The position numbers and the translations under genes were made by a program. The notes beneath the pieces are model-generated. The model was given only the letters and a program-made list of their open reading frames with translations, had not been told where the DNA came from and did not search any database. This document shows positions 52,270 to 64,000 of a stretch of 64,000 nucleotides of DNA, one piece after another. This DNA comes from Alphaproteobacteria bacterium (lineage in GTDB: Bacteria; Pseudomonadota; Alphaproteobacteria; MPNO01; UBA830). The first letter of the stretch is position 1, and each line of letters begins with the position of its first letter. The stretch lies in NCBI GenBank assembly GCA_965243135.1, contig OZ251539.1, forward strand, positions 3,264,001 to 3,328,000. The letters are read 5' to 3'.

Positions 52270-53925
52270 TCAGCTCGCAGCCTTCGCGTAGGAATCGCGA
52301 AGACCGACGGTGCGGTTGAATACCGGGAACCCGGGAGTCGCGTCGGGATCGAGGCGGAAATACCCCATCCTTTCGAACTGAACCGTTTCGTCCGCCGCGA
52401 CCTTTCCGAGCGCCGGCTCCAGCTTGCAGCCCGTCAGGATCTCCAGAGAAGCGGGATTCGGCTCCTCGTCCGCGCCGGGATCTCTGGCGGCGAACAACGG
52501 CTCGTACAGCCGCACTTCCGCCTCCAGCGCCCGCGCCTTGGACACCCAGTGCAACGTTCCCTTCACCTTGCGCCCGTCGGAAGCGTTGCCGCCGCGCGTG
52601 GCGGGGTCGTACTTGCAGCGCAACCCGCTGACCCGCCCGTCGGCGTCCCGAACCACCCCTGTGCAAGTCACGAGATAGGCGCCTCGCAACCTGACCTCCC
52701 GATCCGGCGCGAGCCGAAAGAACTTCTTCGGCGGTTCTTCCATGAAATCGTCGCGTTCGATGTACAGTTCGCGCGAAAAGGCCACCTTGCGCGCGCCGGC
52801 CGACTCGTCGCGCGGATTGTTGGCGATTTCCAGTTCCTCCGTCCGGCCCTCGGGATAGTTTTCGATCACGACTTCCAGCGGCCGCAGCACCGCCATGCGC
52901 CGCAGCGCCGTCTCGTTCAGGCGGCTGCGTATGCAGTGCTCGAGCATGGCCGCTTCGACTGTTCCCTCGTTCCGGGAAATCGCCAGAAGACCGATGAAAT
53001 TCCTGATCGCGGCGGGCGGCACGCCGCGGCGGCGCAAGCCCGACAGGGTCGGCATGCGCGGATCGTCCCAGCCCGCCACGCGGCCGTCGGCGACGAGCCG
53101 GCCCAGCCGGCGCTTGGACAGCACCGTGTGGGTTATGTCCAGACCCGCGAACTCGTACTGGCGCGGCCGCGAGGGAACGGGCAGGCGTTCGATCAGCCAG
53201 TCGTAGAGCGGGCGATGGTCCTCGAATTCGAGCGTGCACAGGGAATGCGTCACGCCTTCGATCGCGTCGCTCTGCCCGTGCGCGAAATCGTAGGTCGGAT
53301 AGATGCGCCAGGTTTCGCCGGTGCGCGGGTGCGGCGCGCGGAGAATGCGGTAGAGCACCGGATCGCGCAGATTGACGTTGCCGGACGCCATGTCGATCTT
53401 CGCCCGCAATACGCGCGCGCCGTCGGCGAATTCGCCGGCCCGCATGCGGCGGAACAGGTCGAGGTTTTCCTCCGCGCTCCGGTCGCGGTACGGACTGTTC
53501 CGTCCGGGCTCCGTGAGAGTGCCCCGATGCGCGCGGATTTCCTCCGCCGAGAGATCGTCGACATAGGCGTCGCCTTCCCGGATCAGGTGCTCCGCCCAAT
53601 CGTAAAGCTGCGCGAAGTAATCCGACGCGTAACGGACCTCGCCCGACCATTCGAAACCCAGCCAGCGCACGTCCTCCCGGATGGCGTCGACGTACCTGCG
53701 GTCTTCCTTGATCGGATTGGTGTCGTCGAAGCGCAGGTTGCAGCGTCCGCCGAACTCCGCCGCGACGCCGAAGTTGAGGCAGATCGACTTGGCGTGGCCG
53801 ATATGCAGATACCCGTTCGGCTCGGGCGGAAAGCGCGTGACGATTTCGCCGTGCAGTCCCGCCGCCAGATCTTCCCGTATCCTGTCCCTGACGAAGTCGC
53901 GGACCGCGCCGGTCGTCTCGGTCAT
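52270..53925 (-). CDS. glnS: Glutamine-tRNA ligase
   Basis: [49 protein letters not shown]. Confidence 0.95.
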   Translation of the reverse strand: MTETTGAVRDFVRDRIREDLAAGLHGEIVTRFPPEPNGYLHIGHAKSICLNFGVAAEFGGRCNLRFDDTNPIKEDRRYVDAIREDVRWLGFEWSGEVRYASDYFAQLYDWAEHLIREGDAYVDDLSAEEIRAHRGTLTEPGRNSPYRDRSAEENLDLFRRMRAGEFADGARVLRAKIDMASGNVNLRDPVLYRILRAPHPRTGETWRIYPTYDFAHGQSDAIEGVTHSLCTLEFEDHRPLYDWLIERLPVPSRPRQYEFAGLDITHTVLSKRRLGRLVADGRVAGWDDPRMPTLSGLRRRGVPPAAIRNFIGLLAISRNEGTVEAAMLEHCIRSRLNETALRRMAVLRPLEVVIENYPEGRTEELEIANNPRDESAGARKVAFSRELYIERDDFMEEPPKKFFRLAPDREVRLRGAYLVTCTGVVRDADGRVSGLRCKYDPATRGGNASDGRKVKGTLHWVSKARALEAEVRLYEPLFAARDPGADEEPNPASLEILTGCKLEPALGKVAADETVQFERMGYFRLDPDATPGFPVFNRTVGLRDSYAKAAS

Positions 53926-54269
53926 GTCGTGCTTCCTGCCGCTGCCGCGCGAGCGTATAGCATGACCCGGGCCGCCCGCTAACTCTCCGGCCGCCGCCCC
54001 CTGCGGCAGGCGCAGGCGGGCTCGCGTTCGGGACCGGAAGCGCCGTCGGCGTCTTCCGGACGGCCCGGCGCGGACGGCGTGGCGCGAGCCTTCCCGGCGG
54101 CCTTCCGGTCGACCGCGGCAGCGGCCGCGAAAATCGATACCCCGTTGCGCCGGACCCCGGATTCCGGCGCGCGCGGCTTCTTTATTTTTCGACGTCCGCT
54201 CGCTAGTTTGGGGCCCTTCCGGGATCTCGTCGTCACAAAAACGTCATCATCGACTGCCAGCATCGGGAT

Positions 54270-56453
54270 ATGAAAGACGTGGAAACCACTGTCGTCGCGG
54301 CCGACGGAGAGACCGCATCCGTCGGGGCCGAGGACGGCAAACGCGGCGGGCCGCTTCCGGGACCGCGATCGCCCAACCGCTTCATCAATCGCGAGCTGTC
54401 GTGGCTGGCGTTCAACGAGCGGGTGCTGGGAGAAGCGGAAAACCGGAATCATCCCTTGCTGGAGCGGGTTCGCTTCCTGTCGATTTCCGACAACAATCTG
54501 AACGAATTCTTCGCCGTCCGCATCGCCGGCCTCAAGGGACAGGTCCGCGCCGGCGTGACGGATCGCAGCGCCGACCGGCTGACGGCGGCGCAACAACTCC
54601 GGGCGGTCAACGAGCGCGCCGCCCGGCTCATGGAACAGCAACAGGCCGGCTGGGCGGAACTGCAGCGGCTGCTTCTCGGGAAGGGCATCGCCGTCGTCCA
54701 GCCCGACGAGTTGAACCGGACCGAGATGGAATGGCTCGAGTCGTATTTCATGGAGCAGGTTTTTTCGGTGTTGACCCCGGTCGCGGTCGACCCGGCCCAT
54801 CCATTTCCGTTCATTTCCAATTTCGGATTCTCGATCGTCCTGATGATGGAACGCCAGGACGAACGTCTCATCGGCCTGATCACGATTCCGCGCAGCCTTC
54901 CGAGATTTCTGCGCCTGCCGGGCGGCAAGATACGTTTCATCACGATCGAAAACGCGATTTCGCTTTTTCTCGACAAGCTGTTTCCGGGTTTCGCCTTTCT
55001 TTATCACGGCGTCTTCCAGATCATTCGCGACAGCGACATCGAGGTCGAGGAAGAGGCGGAAGATCTCGTTCGGCTGTACGAATCCGCGATCCGGGAACGC
55101 CGCCGCGGCTCGGTGATCCGGCTCGCGATCGAGGCCGGCCTGCCGGAGGAGATGAAGGAGTTCCTGCTCGCGCATCTCCGCGTGGACCACGAGGACGTCT
55201 TCACCGTTTCGGGCCTCCTCTCTCTGGTCGACGTCAGCGAAGTCATTCCCGACGACAGGCCCGATCTGCTCTTCAAGCGTTTCCGCACCCGTTTCCCGGA
55301 GCGGATTCGAGACCACAGCGGAGACTGCTTCGCCGCCATCAGCCAAAAGGACATCCTCGTTCATCATCCCTACGAGAGCTTCGACGTCGTCGTCCAGTTC
55401 GTCCGGCAAGCGGCGGCGGATCCCGACGTGGTCGCGATCAAGCAAACTCTCTACAGAACGAGCGAGGAATCGCCGATCGTGGCGGCGCTGATCGCGGCGG
55501 CGGAGTCGGGGAAGTCCGTAACCGCGCTGGTGGAGCTCAAGGCCCGCTTCGACGAGGAGCGCAACATCCGCTGGGCGCGGGATCTCGAACGCGCGGGCGT
55601 CCAGGTGGTCTACGGGTTCGTCCGGCTGAAGACCCACGCCAAGGTTTCCCTGGTCGTTCGCCAGGAGCGGCACGGCCTGCGATCCTACGTTCATTACGGA
55701 ACCGGCAACTACCATCCGATCACCGCGAAAATCTACACCGACCTGTCGCTGTTCACCTGCGATCCGGCGCTGTGCCGCGACGCCGCGGCATTGTTCAACT
55801 ACATGACCGGAACGGCGGCCCCGGAACGGCTGGAGAAGATTTCCATCTCGCCGCTCAACCTGAGGGACAAGATCGCGTCGCTCATCGACGGCGAGGTCGA
55901 AAACGCGCGGGCCGGGCAGCCGTCGGGCATTACGGTCAAGCTCAACTCCCTGGTCGATCCCGGCGTGATCGACCATCTCTACCGCGCCTCGCAGGCCGGA
56001 GTTCCGATCGACCTTATCGTGCGCGGCATCTGCTGCCTGCGCCCGGGCGTGCCGGGGCTTTCGGAAAACATCCGCGTGCACAGCATCGTCGGCCGCTTCC
56101 TCGAGCACAGCCGCATCGTCTGTTTCGCCGCCGGCCATGCGCTTCCGTCGAGATTGGCGAAGGTGTTCATTTCGTCCGCCGACTGGATGCCCCGCAATCT
56201 GGACCGCCGGGTGGAAACCCTGGTGCCGATAGAAAATCCTACGGTGCACCGACAGATCCTCGACCGGATCATCGGCGCCAATCTGAAGGACGACATGCAG
56301 ACATGGACGCTCGGACCGGACGGGGCATACACCCGCCTGCCTTCGGCAAAGAAGCCGTTTTCGGCGCACGACTACTTCATGACCAATCCGAGCCTGTCGG
56401 GACGCGGAAGCGCGCTCAAAAAGGAACGGAAGAAGCCGGCCCGGACCCCATAG
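54270..56453 (+). CDS. ppk1: Polyphosphate kinase 1
   Basis: [39 protein letters not shown]. Confidence 0.97.
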   Translation: MKDVETTVVAADGETASVGAEDGKRGGPLPGPRSPNRFINRELSWLAFNERVLGEAENRNHPLLERVRFLSISDNNLNEFFAVRIAGLKGQVRAGVTDRSADRLTAAQQLRAVNERAARLMEQQQAGWAELQRLLLGKGIAVVQPDELNRTEMEWLESYFMEQVFSVLTPVAVDPAHPFPFISNFGFSIVLMMERQDERLIGLITIPRSLPRFLRLPGGKIRFITIENAISLFLDKLFPGFAFLYHGVFQIIRDSDIEVEEEAEDLVRLYESAIRERRRGSVIRLAIEAGLPEEMKEFLLAHLRVDHEDVFTVSGLLSLVDVSEVIPDDRPDLLFKRFRTRFPERIRDHSGDCFAAISQKDILVHHPYESFDVVVQFVRQAAADPDVVAIKQTLYRTSEESPIVAALIAAAESGKSVTALVELKARFDEERNIRWARDLERAGVQVVYGFVRLKTHAKVSLVVRQERHGLRSYVHYGTGNYHPITAKIYTDLSLFTCDPALCRDAAALFNYMTGTAAPERLEKISISPLNLRDKIASLIDGEVENARAGQPSGITVKLNSLVDPGVIDHLYRASQAGVPIDLIVRGICCLRPGVPGLSENIRVHSIVGRFLEHSRIVCFAAGHALPSRLAKVFISSADWMPRNLDRRVETLVPIENPTVHRQILDRIIGANLKDDMQTWTLGPDGAYTRLPSAKKPFSAHDYFMTNPSLSGRGSALKKERKKPARTP

Positions 56454-56482
56454 GCCACCGCCGCGAGAGTTCGGAGACCGAC

Positions 56483-57976
56483 ATGCCGGCGCGGCCCGGC
56501 TCCTTCGCGGTGATCGATATCGGATCGAACTCGATCCGCCTGGTGATCTTCGATGTCTCGGCAGGGTATCCGCATCCGCGCTACAACGAGCGCGTGTTCT
56601 GCGCGCTCGGCTCCGACGTCGGGACGGCGGGAAGGCTGCCGCGGGACTCCATCGACGCCGCGCTCTCCTCCATCGTGCGGTTCGTCGAAGTCGTCAACCG
56701 ATCGGGGACCGACCGCCTCAAGGCGTTCGCCACGTCGGCGGTCCGCGACGCCGAAAACGGCCGCGCGCTCGTCTCGGCCGTCCGGGAGCGGACCGGATGC
56801 GAGGTCGACGTGGTCGAGGGCGACGACGAAGCGCGGCTTTCGGCGAAAGGCGTTCTGCACGGGCTTCACGCCCGCGACGGCATCGTCGCGGATTTGGGAG
56901 GCGGCAGCCTCGAGCTCGCCCGACTGCGCGACGGCGATATTTGCGAAGCGGTCTCGATCCCCATCGGCACCATGCGGCTCATGGCGAAATCCATGGGCGA
57001 TCTGGGCAGCATGGCGCGGGAAGTGGCGTTTCGCCTGGACAAACTGCATTGGCTCGAAAGCTGTCCGAAGCGAACGCTTTATCCGATCGGGGGCGCCTGG
57101 CGCGCGTTCGCCAGGCTTCGAATCGCGGAAAGCGGGTACCCGCTCAAGATCATCCACGGATATACGGTGCCCGCCCCCGCCGCTCGCGAAATGGCGCAGC
57201 TTCTCGCTGGCCTGGGCGAGCGCTCCCTCGCGCGAATGACCGATATCGCGGCCAAGCGGCGGCCCACGATGCCGTTGACGGGACTGATCATGCGGGAACT
57301 GATCGACCGCATGCGACCAGGCGAGGTGACGTTTTCGGCGACGGGAATTCGCGAAGGCTACACGTACGCCTGCCTCCCCGAGGACGCCGTGGCCCGGGAT
57401 CCGCTGATCGCGGGCGCCGACGCTCTCGCGGCAAGGGAGAATCACTCGGGCGACGCGACGAGCGCCCTGATGGCGTGGATGGCTCCGTTGCTGCCGCCGG
57501 AAAAACCGGCTCGCGAGCGACTCCAGCGCGCAGTCTGCGCATTATCCAACATGGCTTGGCGCGAACACCCGGACTACCGCGCTGCCTACGCTTTCGAGCG
57601 TTCGATCCAGCATCCGTTTCTCGGCATCGCCCATGGAGACCGGGCGTTCATCGGCGTGTCTCTCTATCTCCGGTACGGGGGAAAGCTCGAAGACGCCCGG
57701 ATCGCGCCGTATCTGGAATTGCTGTCGAAACGGGCGGTTCGGCGCGCCGCCGTTCTGGGCCATGCGCTGCGTCTCGGCTACCTCATTTCCGGGGGAAGTC
57801 CGGAATTGCTTCGACAGGCCGGGCTGGAGGTGCACAAAGGCAAGATCTCGATGCAGCTGCCGGGCAACGGCGCCGCGCCCGACCCGGGCAGGGTCGAGCG
57901 CGAATTCGAGCGGCTGTGCGCGGCTCATCGTCACCGCGTCGGCGCGGTGACGATCGAGGACTGCGGCTTGTCCTGA
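56483..57976 (+). CDS. ppx: Ppx/GppA exopolyphosphatase
   Basis: IDIGSNSIRL, ATSAVRDA, DLGGGSLE, GIREG, HPDYR. Confidence 0.93.
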   Translation: MPARPGSFAVIDIGSNSIRLVIFDVSAGYPHPRYNERVFCALGSDVGTAGRLPRDSIDAALSSIVRFVEVVNRSGTDRLKAFATSAVRDAENGRALVSAVRERTGCEVDVVEGDDEARLSAKGVLHGLHARDGIVADLGGGSLELARLRDGDICEAVSIPIGTMRLMAKSMGDLGSMAREVAFRLDKLHWLESCPKRTLYPIGGAWRAFARLRIAESGYPLKIIHGYTVPAPAAREMAQLLAGLGERSLARMTDIAAKRRPTMPLTGLIMRELIDRMRPGEVTFSATGIREGYTYACLPEDAVARDPLIAGADALAARENHSGDATSALMAWMAPLLPPEKPARERLQRAVCALSNMAWREHPDYRAAYAFERSIQHPFLGIAHGDRAFIGVSLYLRYGGKLEDARIAPYLELLSKRAVRRAAVLGHALRLGYLISGGSPELLRQAGLEVHKGKISMQLPGNGAAPDPGRVEREFERLCAAHRHRVGAVTIEDCGLS

Positions 57977-58269
57977 CGCCCGGAGACGCGCCGTAGCCCG
58001 CCCGAGGGGCCGGCAGGTTCGCGAACGCAACGGCTTGCCGGCTCGCCGTCCGCGACGGAAATCCCGAACCGCGAGCACGGCGACCGCAGCGAGAACCGAG
58101 GCGTGGTCGATCGGCCCGGAGGCAGTCTCGCGCGCGTTTTCCGGAACTCGCGAGCTTGTCCCGTTTTCAAGGACGTTCGACGACGCAAGCCGACTTGGCG
58201 GACAAACTGCCGCTCGGCCGGCTATCGCGCGCGAGTCCTGGCTGCCCGACGTTCGGGACAAGCCGCCGG

Positions 58270-59757
58270 TTACATGCCCCAGATCTCGACGTTCGATTCC
58301 GTGCGGCGGAAAATCTTCTCGCTCCAGAGCTTCTTCTCGTCGCGGTCGAAGATCACAAGGTGGCCCGTCTCCGCCGCGCAGCGGTCCATGTAGCCCGCAA
58401 CCTGCTCCAGCCCCGCGGCGACCGTCGCCTCCAGGCTCCCGCGCAGCATCTTGCACTCGACCACGAACTTCTGCTCGCCGCCGCCCTTCGGCCAGACGAT
58501 CAGCAGGTCGACGCGCCCCCGGCCCAGCCCGAACTCCCGCCCGCCCGCCGCCGTTGAGCACCCGTTGCAGAAACGCCTGCAACAGAAGCTGAGGCCAGGC
58601 CTCCGGGTACGCGAAGCGGTTCTTCCAGTGCTCCGAGTTCTCTCGGAAGAACGTCTGGAACGCCGCCCTTCGCCGCGTCGAGGCCGCCGCCTGCGCCAAC
58701 GTACCAGGCCCTGCCTGAGCGCCGCCTGCGCCTTCCAGGACAGTTCGCGCGGAATCACCTCGGCATAGACCGGATTGGCGATGCGGAGCGGTCCGTCCTT
58801 CGCGAGCAGGCCCAGATCCCGCGCGTATTCGATGTCCCGGTCGGCGACGGCGCTCTCGTCTCCGCCGGCGAGGGTCGGCTCGATCACCTGCCGGACGCGC
58901 TCCTCCTCCAGCCTGTACGCCAACTGGTCCAGGTGAGTCGCCCGGCTCAGGATGAGCCGCTCCCGCGCGTCGGCGATGTCGCCGCCCGTCACGGCGCGCG
59001 AGCGGTCGCGCCCGGCCGCGCTCTCGAAGCAGGCTTCCTGCGCCAACGCGTTCACCAGCCACGGCTGGCCAAGGGTCTGCTCCCACACCGTCTCCTGCGC
59101 CTCCGCCGTGAACGCCTGCCCCGTCTCGGCGGTATGCTGGCCGAGCAGCGCCAGCGTTTCCTCCCGGCTGAAGTCGCCCAGACGCAGCGACTTCGCGACG
59201 ATGTTGAAGGGACTGCCCGTCGAGTCCATGCGGTAGTCGCGCACGTCCCGCATCCCGCACAGCACGACGCTCTGCGGAAACGCCTCCAGACGCTTGGGGT
59301 AGCCCGCGCGCAACTGCCGGAGCACGGAAAGCAACGATCCGCCCTGCAATGCGTCGATCTCGTCGATCAGCAGCACCAGCGGCTTCGGCGACGCCGCGTC
59401 GGGTCCGGATTCCGCGAGAACGCCGGGCCAGACTTCGGCCAGCAACGGATCGCCGAGCTCGTCCCGTGCCGCGTTAGCCAGCCTGGCGAGCACCGTCCGC
59501 ATCGTTTTCTCCGCGCCTTTCTCCGAGGCGCCCGCCCCCTCGACGGTGGCGTACAGGCAATGGTAGCCCTGCCGGCTCAGCAGATCCCGCAGGGCGAGCA
59601 GAACGGACGTCTTGCCCGTCTGCCTCGGGGCGCGAAGCACGAAATACTTTTCGTCCCGAACGAGCCGGAGCGCCTCGTCCATATCCAGACGCTCCAGCGC
59701 CGGGATGCAATAGTGCTTTTCGGGCTTGACCGGGCCAGCCGTGTTGAAGAAACGCAT
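58270..59757 (-). pseudogene. AAA ATPase + PD-(D/E)XK nuclease with compensating frameshifts
   Basis: FFNTAGP, APRQTGKT, IDEID, GRVDL..ECK. The conserved block FQTFFRENSE..YPEAWPQLLLQAFLQRVLNGGG (about 58550-58665) lies in another frame. Confidence 0.8.
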
Positions 59758-60011
59758 GGTCGAAACGGCTTTCGCTACGCTGCCGCGCGATCATAACCCG
59801 AAAAGCCGCCGCGCGCACGATGCCGGAAGCGCGACAATCGGGGCGAACGCGCCGCCAGGGACCGTACCGGGGTCGTCGGAGCCAGCCGCCTGCGCGCCAC
59901 AGCGGCCGGATATTCGTTTTGGATCTTGCCTGGCGCATCGTCTATGCAAAATGATTGACACGGAACAACATATTTTCTATCGAGCGTCTTGGACTACGGA
60001 AAGGCGCTTCC

Positions 60012-60533
60012 ATGCCCAAGAAGTACATCGTCCGGCTGACGGCCGAGGAACGCAACATCTGCCACGAAACGATCCGCAGGCTGAAAGGGAGCGGCGAGAG
60101 GGCTCAACGCGCCCGGATTCTGTTGAAGGCGGACGCCGACGGGCCGGCATGGACGGATCGGAAGATCGCGGAAGCGTTCTCGTGCCCGAGGCAAACGATC
60201 GAGAAAATCCGCCGGAGGTTCGTCGAGGGCGGTTTCGAGCGGGCGCTGAAGCGGAAGCGGCGGAAGCTTCCGCCGAGGCCGAAGATTCTGGACGGCGAGG
60301 CGGGAGCCAAGGTCATCTCCCTGTACCAGGGGCAGCCCCCGGAGGGGTACGCCAACTGGTCGTTGCGGTTGCTGGCCGGAAAGGCGGTGGAACTGGGGAT
60401 CGTGGACTCCATAAGCCACGAAACGGTGAGACAGACGCTAAAAAGAAACGGCTTCTCCTGCAAGAGGGAACCCCGGGCGATTCCGCCCGAAGGCGGAGTT
60501 CGCAGCGCGCCAAGCGCTTGAGATCCATCGCCC
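60012..60533 (+). mobile_element. IS630-family transposase remnant (HTH part only)
   Basis: MPKKYIVRLTAEER..RARILL..PPEGYANWSLRLLA..ISHETVRQTLK, followed by AEFAARQALEIHRP in another frame; no DDE domain. Confidence 0.85.
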
Positions 60534-61237
60534 TTTCAAGTTTGAAGCGCAACACGCGTGGCGGCTGACCGACCGTTTGCATGTTGCGGAGAGGTCAGGC
60601 TGGCGAGTTCAAAACCGGAGGCCAACGCCTGCCATCACCGTTTTCACTTTCGCGAGCCGCTTCGGCTGACGGCTTCGAACGAGCCCATGGTTTTCGGCGG
60701 CGGAAGTCCGCTCGCTCGACCGGACGACGCTCTCGTTCGACGGAACCGTTGCCTGGCGTTTCGCCGCTTGCGGCGCATGTTGTCGCGCGCCTCCGGCGGC
60801 GAACCAACTGCAGGTGCGAGGCCTGCCGCGACGATCATCGTCGGAAGCGCGCGGCTTTCCCTGGCGAGGGCGCTTGCCGTCGCGTCGCGCCGGCCCTGGT
60901 TTCCGCGGCGAGGGCATCGACCTTGCCGTCGAGGCTCGCGAAACCGGCGTCGTTGTCGCCGCGCGTCGCCTTTGGCGGCGGCGCCTTCCGTCGGCGTTCG
61001 CTTCCGCCTGACGGCCTCCTGGCCGTGCGTTGAGCGTGTCGAACGTGCTTGCAACCATGGTCGCCTACTGCGGGCGGGGCAGGATTTCCCGGAGCGACAG
61101 GTTCGCTCGCCTCCGCGCTTTTCCCCGCCGGCGGCCCGTGCCGCCGCGGAAACTGCCGGCTGCTTGCCGCACGACGCAAACAGGCCTGCCGCCGCCGACT
61201 TCTTGACGGCTCCGGCGCCGCGGCCTACTCTCTTCGA

Positions 61238-62773
61238 ATGACGCAACGCATGCTCCCGATCGGCTTTTCCTCCCTCCGGGAGATCCGGGGGATGGACTGC
61301 TACTACGTCGACAAGACGGACCATGTCCGCCGCCTCGTCGAGAGGGGCAAGTACTATTTCCTGTCGCGTCCGCGCCGGTTCGGCAAGACCCTCCTGGTGG
61401 ACACGCTGCAGAAGCTGTTCGAGGGAAGCGAAGAGCTGTTTCGGGGCCTCGCCGTGCACGACAAGTGGGACTGGTCAACACGCCATCCTGTCGTGCGGAT
61501 CAGCTTCGGCGGGGGCAATTTCGACTCCCCGGACCTAATTCGGGGAAACGTGGAAGACCAGTTGGAGGAAACGGAGCGGCTGGCCGGCCTCGAACCGGGT
61601 CCCGCCGAGGCGGCGGTCCGTTTCCGGCGCCTGATAAGGACGCTGCACGAGCGCGCCGGGCAGCGGGCGGTCGTTCTGGTGGACGAATACGACAAGCCGA
61701 TTCTGGACGCGCTCGGCGACCGGGAACTGGCGACGGCCAATCGCGACTTCCTGCGCGGCTTCTACGCGATGATCAAGGAGTGTGACGAGCAGCTCCGTTT
61801 CGTTTTCCTGACGGGGGTGAGCAAGTTCTCGAAGTCCGGCCTGTTCTCGGGCCTGAACAACCTGCGCGACATCACGCTGGCGCCGGAGTTCTCGGACATC
61901 TGCGGCTGCACGGACGCGGAACTGGACGCGGTCTTCGCCCCGGAACTCGAGGGCCTGGACCGGGACGAAATCCGCCGCTGGTACAACGGCTACAACTGGT
62001 GCGGGCCGGAGAAGCTCTACAATCCGTTCGGCCTCCTGCTGCTGTTCGCCGAGCGCAGGTTCGGCAACTACTGGTTCCAGAGCGGCACGCCGACCTTCCT
62101 GGTCGAGACGCTGACGCGCCGCAACCTGCCCACTCCCCGCCTGGACGGCATGATCGGCAGCGAGAGCCTGCTCTCGACCTTCGACGTGGACAGGATCGCG
62201 ATCGAAGCGCTTCTGTTCCAGACCGGTTACCTCACCATCGCCGGCGAGAAGGACGGGCGCTACAGGCTGGACTACCCGAACCTCGAGGTGCGCCAGAGCC
62301 TGGGCGAGGCCCTGCTGGGAGAGCTGCTCCCGGCCGAGGCCCGCGAGGAGGCAGAGAACCTGCGGCTGGGCGAACTGCTGGAGGCGAACAACTTCGAGCG
62401 TCTCGAAACCCTGTTCCGCGGCATTTTTGCCGCCATCCCGCACCAGTGGTACATGAACAGCCCGGTCGCGAAGTACGAGGCCCACTACGCGAGCGTCATC
62501 CACAGCTGCTTCCTGATGGAAGGCCTCGAGCCGGTGGCCGAGGACAGTGGCAGCCGGGGGCGCGCCGACATGGCGATTCGCGCCGGCGGGCGCGTCTACC
62601 TGTTCGAGTTCAAGGTGGTGGAGCGCGGGCGGGAGGGAACCGCGCTCGCGCAGTTGCGGGAAAAGGGCTACGCGGACAAGTACCGCCATCTCGGGCGTTC
62701 GGTCCACCTGATCGGGGTGGAGTTCAGCCGCGAGGAGCGCAACGTCGTAGGCTTCGATTGCGAAGCCGCCTGA
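61238..62773 (+). CDS. AAA-ATPase-like + PD-(D/E)XK nuclease, intact
   Basis: YYVDKT, SRPRRFGKT, DEYDKP, WYNGY, GRADM..FEFK..AQL..KGY. Confidence 0.92.
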   Translation: MTQRMLPIGFSSLREIRGMDCYYVDKTDHVRRLVERGKYYFLSRPRRFGKTLLVDTLQKLFEGSEELFRGLAVHDKWDWSTRHPVVRISFGGGNFDSPDLIRGNVEDQLEETERLAGLEPGPAEAAVRFRRLIRTLHERAGQRAVVLVDEYDKPILDALGDRELATANRDFLRGFYAMIKECDEQLRFVFLTGVSKFSKSGLFSGLNNLRDITLAPEFSDICGCTDAELDAVFAPELEGLDRDEIRRWYNGYNWCGPEKLYNPFGLLLLFAERRFGNYWFQSGTPTFLVETLTRRNLPTPRLDGMIGSESLLSTFDVDRIAIEALLFQTGYLTIAGEKDGRYRLDYPNLEVRQSLGEALLGELLPAEAREEAENLRLGELLEANNFERLETLFRGIFAAIPHQWYMNSPVAKYEAHYASVIHSCFLMEGLEPVAEDSGSRGRADMAIRAGGRVYLFEFKVVERGREGTALAQLREKGYADKYRHLGRSVHLIGVEFSREERNVVGFDCEAA

Positions 62774-63160
62774 ACGGCTTCCCGTCACGGCCGCCTCCGC
62801 GAAAGACCGCCACGCCGGAGCGCCTGCCCGCGCCCCAACGCGAAGATCATCCGCCCTCGGGGACGAACCCGGCATCGCAGTGCGCTCCCTCAAACCGGAT
62901 CGCATTCACGACCCCGCACGCGGTCTACGTCAATCGTCCCGGCGCGCGTTGTCGGCGCATAGCAGTTCCGGAACCAGCTCTCCGAGCGCCGCCCCAACTC
63001 CGATCTCTTTCGCGAGGGTTCATCGTCGTCCGGAGACGGACCGACCTCTGAAGGGAGGCGGCCCGCTCCAACAGGTCCAGCGAGAGTCGACGACAGGTAT
63101 CCAGCCGGGTTCGCTCCAACGACGGCGCGCGGCAGCCGCGGATCGCCGACGACGCCCCGT

Positions 63161-63856
63161 TCACAGCGACAGTCGGGTGACGCCGCCGTGATTGCCCGAC
63201 CAGGCGAGCGGATCCTCCAAGAACGCTTCGACTTCGGCGAGGGTCACCCGGTCGAAATACTCATTCTCCTTGCTGACGTTGAGCACGTCCCACCAAGTCG
63301 CAAGGTAATGCAGCCGCAGATCGTGCTCGATCAGCTTCTCCCGGGTCTGCGGGAATATGTCGTAGTAGAAGATCACGAGGGTGTCGGTGACCACGGCGCC
63401 GGCGCGGCGCAGCGCCTCGCAGAAATTGATCTTGCTTCCGCCGTCGGTGGTCAGATCCTCGACCAGCAGCACGCGCTGGCCCTCTTCGAGATCGCCCTCG
63501 ATCTGCGCGTCGCGGCCGAACCCCTTGGGCTTCTTCCGCACGTACTGCATCGGCAGGCTGAGCTTCTCCGCGAGAAACGCCGCGAAGGGAATGCCCGCCG
63601 TTTCGCCGCCCGCCACCGCGTCGAACTTCTCGAAACCGATTTCGCGCAACACGATCGACGCCGCGAAATCCATCAACGTCGCCCGGATCCGCGGATACGA
63701 AATCAGCTTGCGGCAGTCGATGTAGACGGGACTCGCCAGCCCGGAGGTGAACACGTAAGGCTTGTCCGCCCGGAAGCGGACCGCCTGGATCTCGATCAGC
63801 ATTCCAGCGGTCATTTCCGCTATCAGCTTCCTGTCCGGAAACGTGTTCGAAAACAT
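63161..63856 (-). CDS. pyrE: Orotate phosphoribosyltransferase
   Basis: [33 protein letters not shown]. Confidence 0.93.
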   Translation of the reverse strand: MFSNTFPDRKLIAEMTAGMLIEIQAVRFRADKPYVFTSGLASPVYIDCRKLISYPRIRATLMDFAASIVLREIGFEKFDAVAGGETAGIPFAAFLAEKLSLPMQYVRKKPKGFGRDAQIEGDLEEGQRVLLVEDLTTDGGSKINFCEALRRAGAVVTDTLVIFYYDIFPQTREKLIEHDLRLHYLATWWDVLNVSKENEYFDRVTLAEVEAFLEDPLAWSGNHGGVTRLSL

Positions 63857-64000
63857 CGCCGATCTCCCCAACGTTTCCGGCCTCTTCGGACGCGGCCTCG
63901 TGTATAGACGGAATCGGTTTCGGTTGGAACGCTGCCGCGGGCGGCGCGGAATTCAGCCGCAGTCGCGCACGAAGCGGCGCAGCACCGCGTAACCGGCCAT

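Noticed and set aside
54401-57976. Apparent 1191-aa Ppx fusion; similar extensions at 31163, 29886 and 17932..19806
   Set aside because: The real genes start much later (e.g. ATG 56483); the extensions are off-frame overlaps of neighbouring genes.
60540-61230. Long GC-rich intergenic stretches (also 57980-58260 and 62780-63150) as possible ncRNA or tRNA
   Set aside because: No cloverleaf, riboswitch consensus or repeated unit could be identified by eye.

Overview
A GC-rich bacterial window, most likely Alphaproteobacteria, inferred from the DUF3576-leuS-lptE-holA gene order. The intact backbone includes fhs, leuS, holA, lptE, glnS, ppk1-ppx, pyrE and an adenine/adenosine deaminase. Between these genes lie aromatic-catabolism loci, many eroded pseudogenes, three IS remnants and three AAA + PD-(D/E)XK nuclease genes. 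Three loci stand out. (1) At 6.2-8.3 kb, a minimal RiPP-like cassette: a nitrile-hydratase-like leader (NHLP) precursor with a Pro/aromatic-rich 31-aa core, followed by two recently duplicated 2OG-Fe(II) oxygenases that differ mainly around the active site. (2) At 39.6-46.5 kb, a five-gene operon: an unknown protein, three BrxD/DUF2791-like ATPases (one with a Tudor-like N-terminus) and an Lhr-like helicase, with no BREX pgl genes or Shango TerB gene; this is a candidate undescribed defence system. (3) At 17.5-23.2 kb, a locus joining a 4-chlorobenzoyl-CoA-type hydrolytic dehalogenase, a TAT-less reductive dehalogenase, a flavin monooxygenase and a Rieske oxygenase. All assignments come from reading motifs by eye; no database searches were run.
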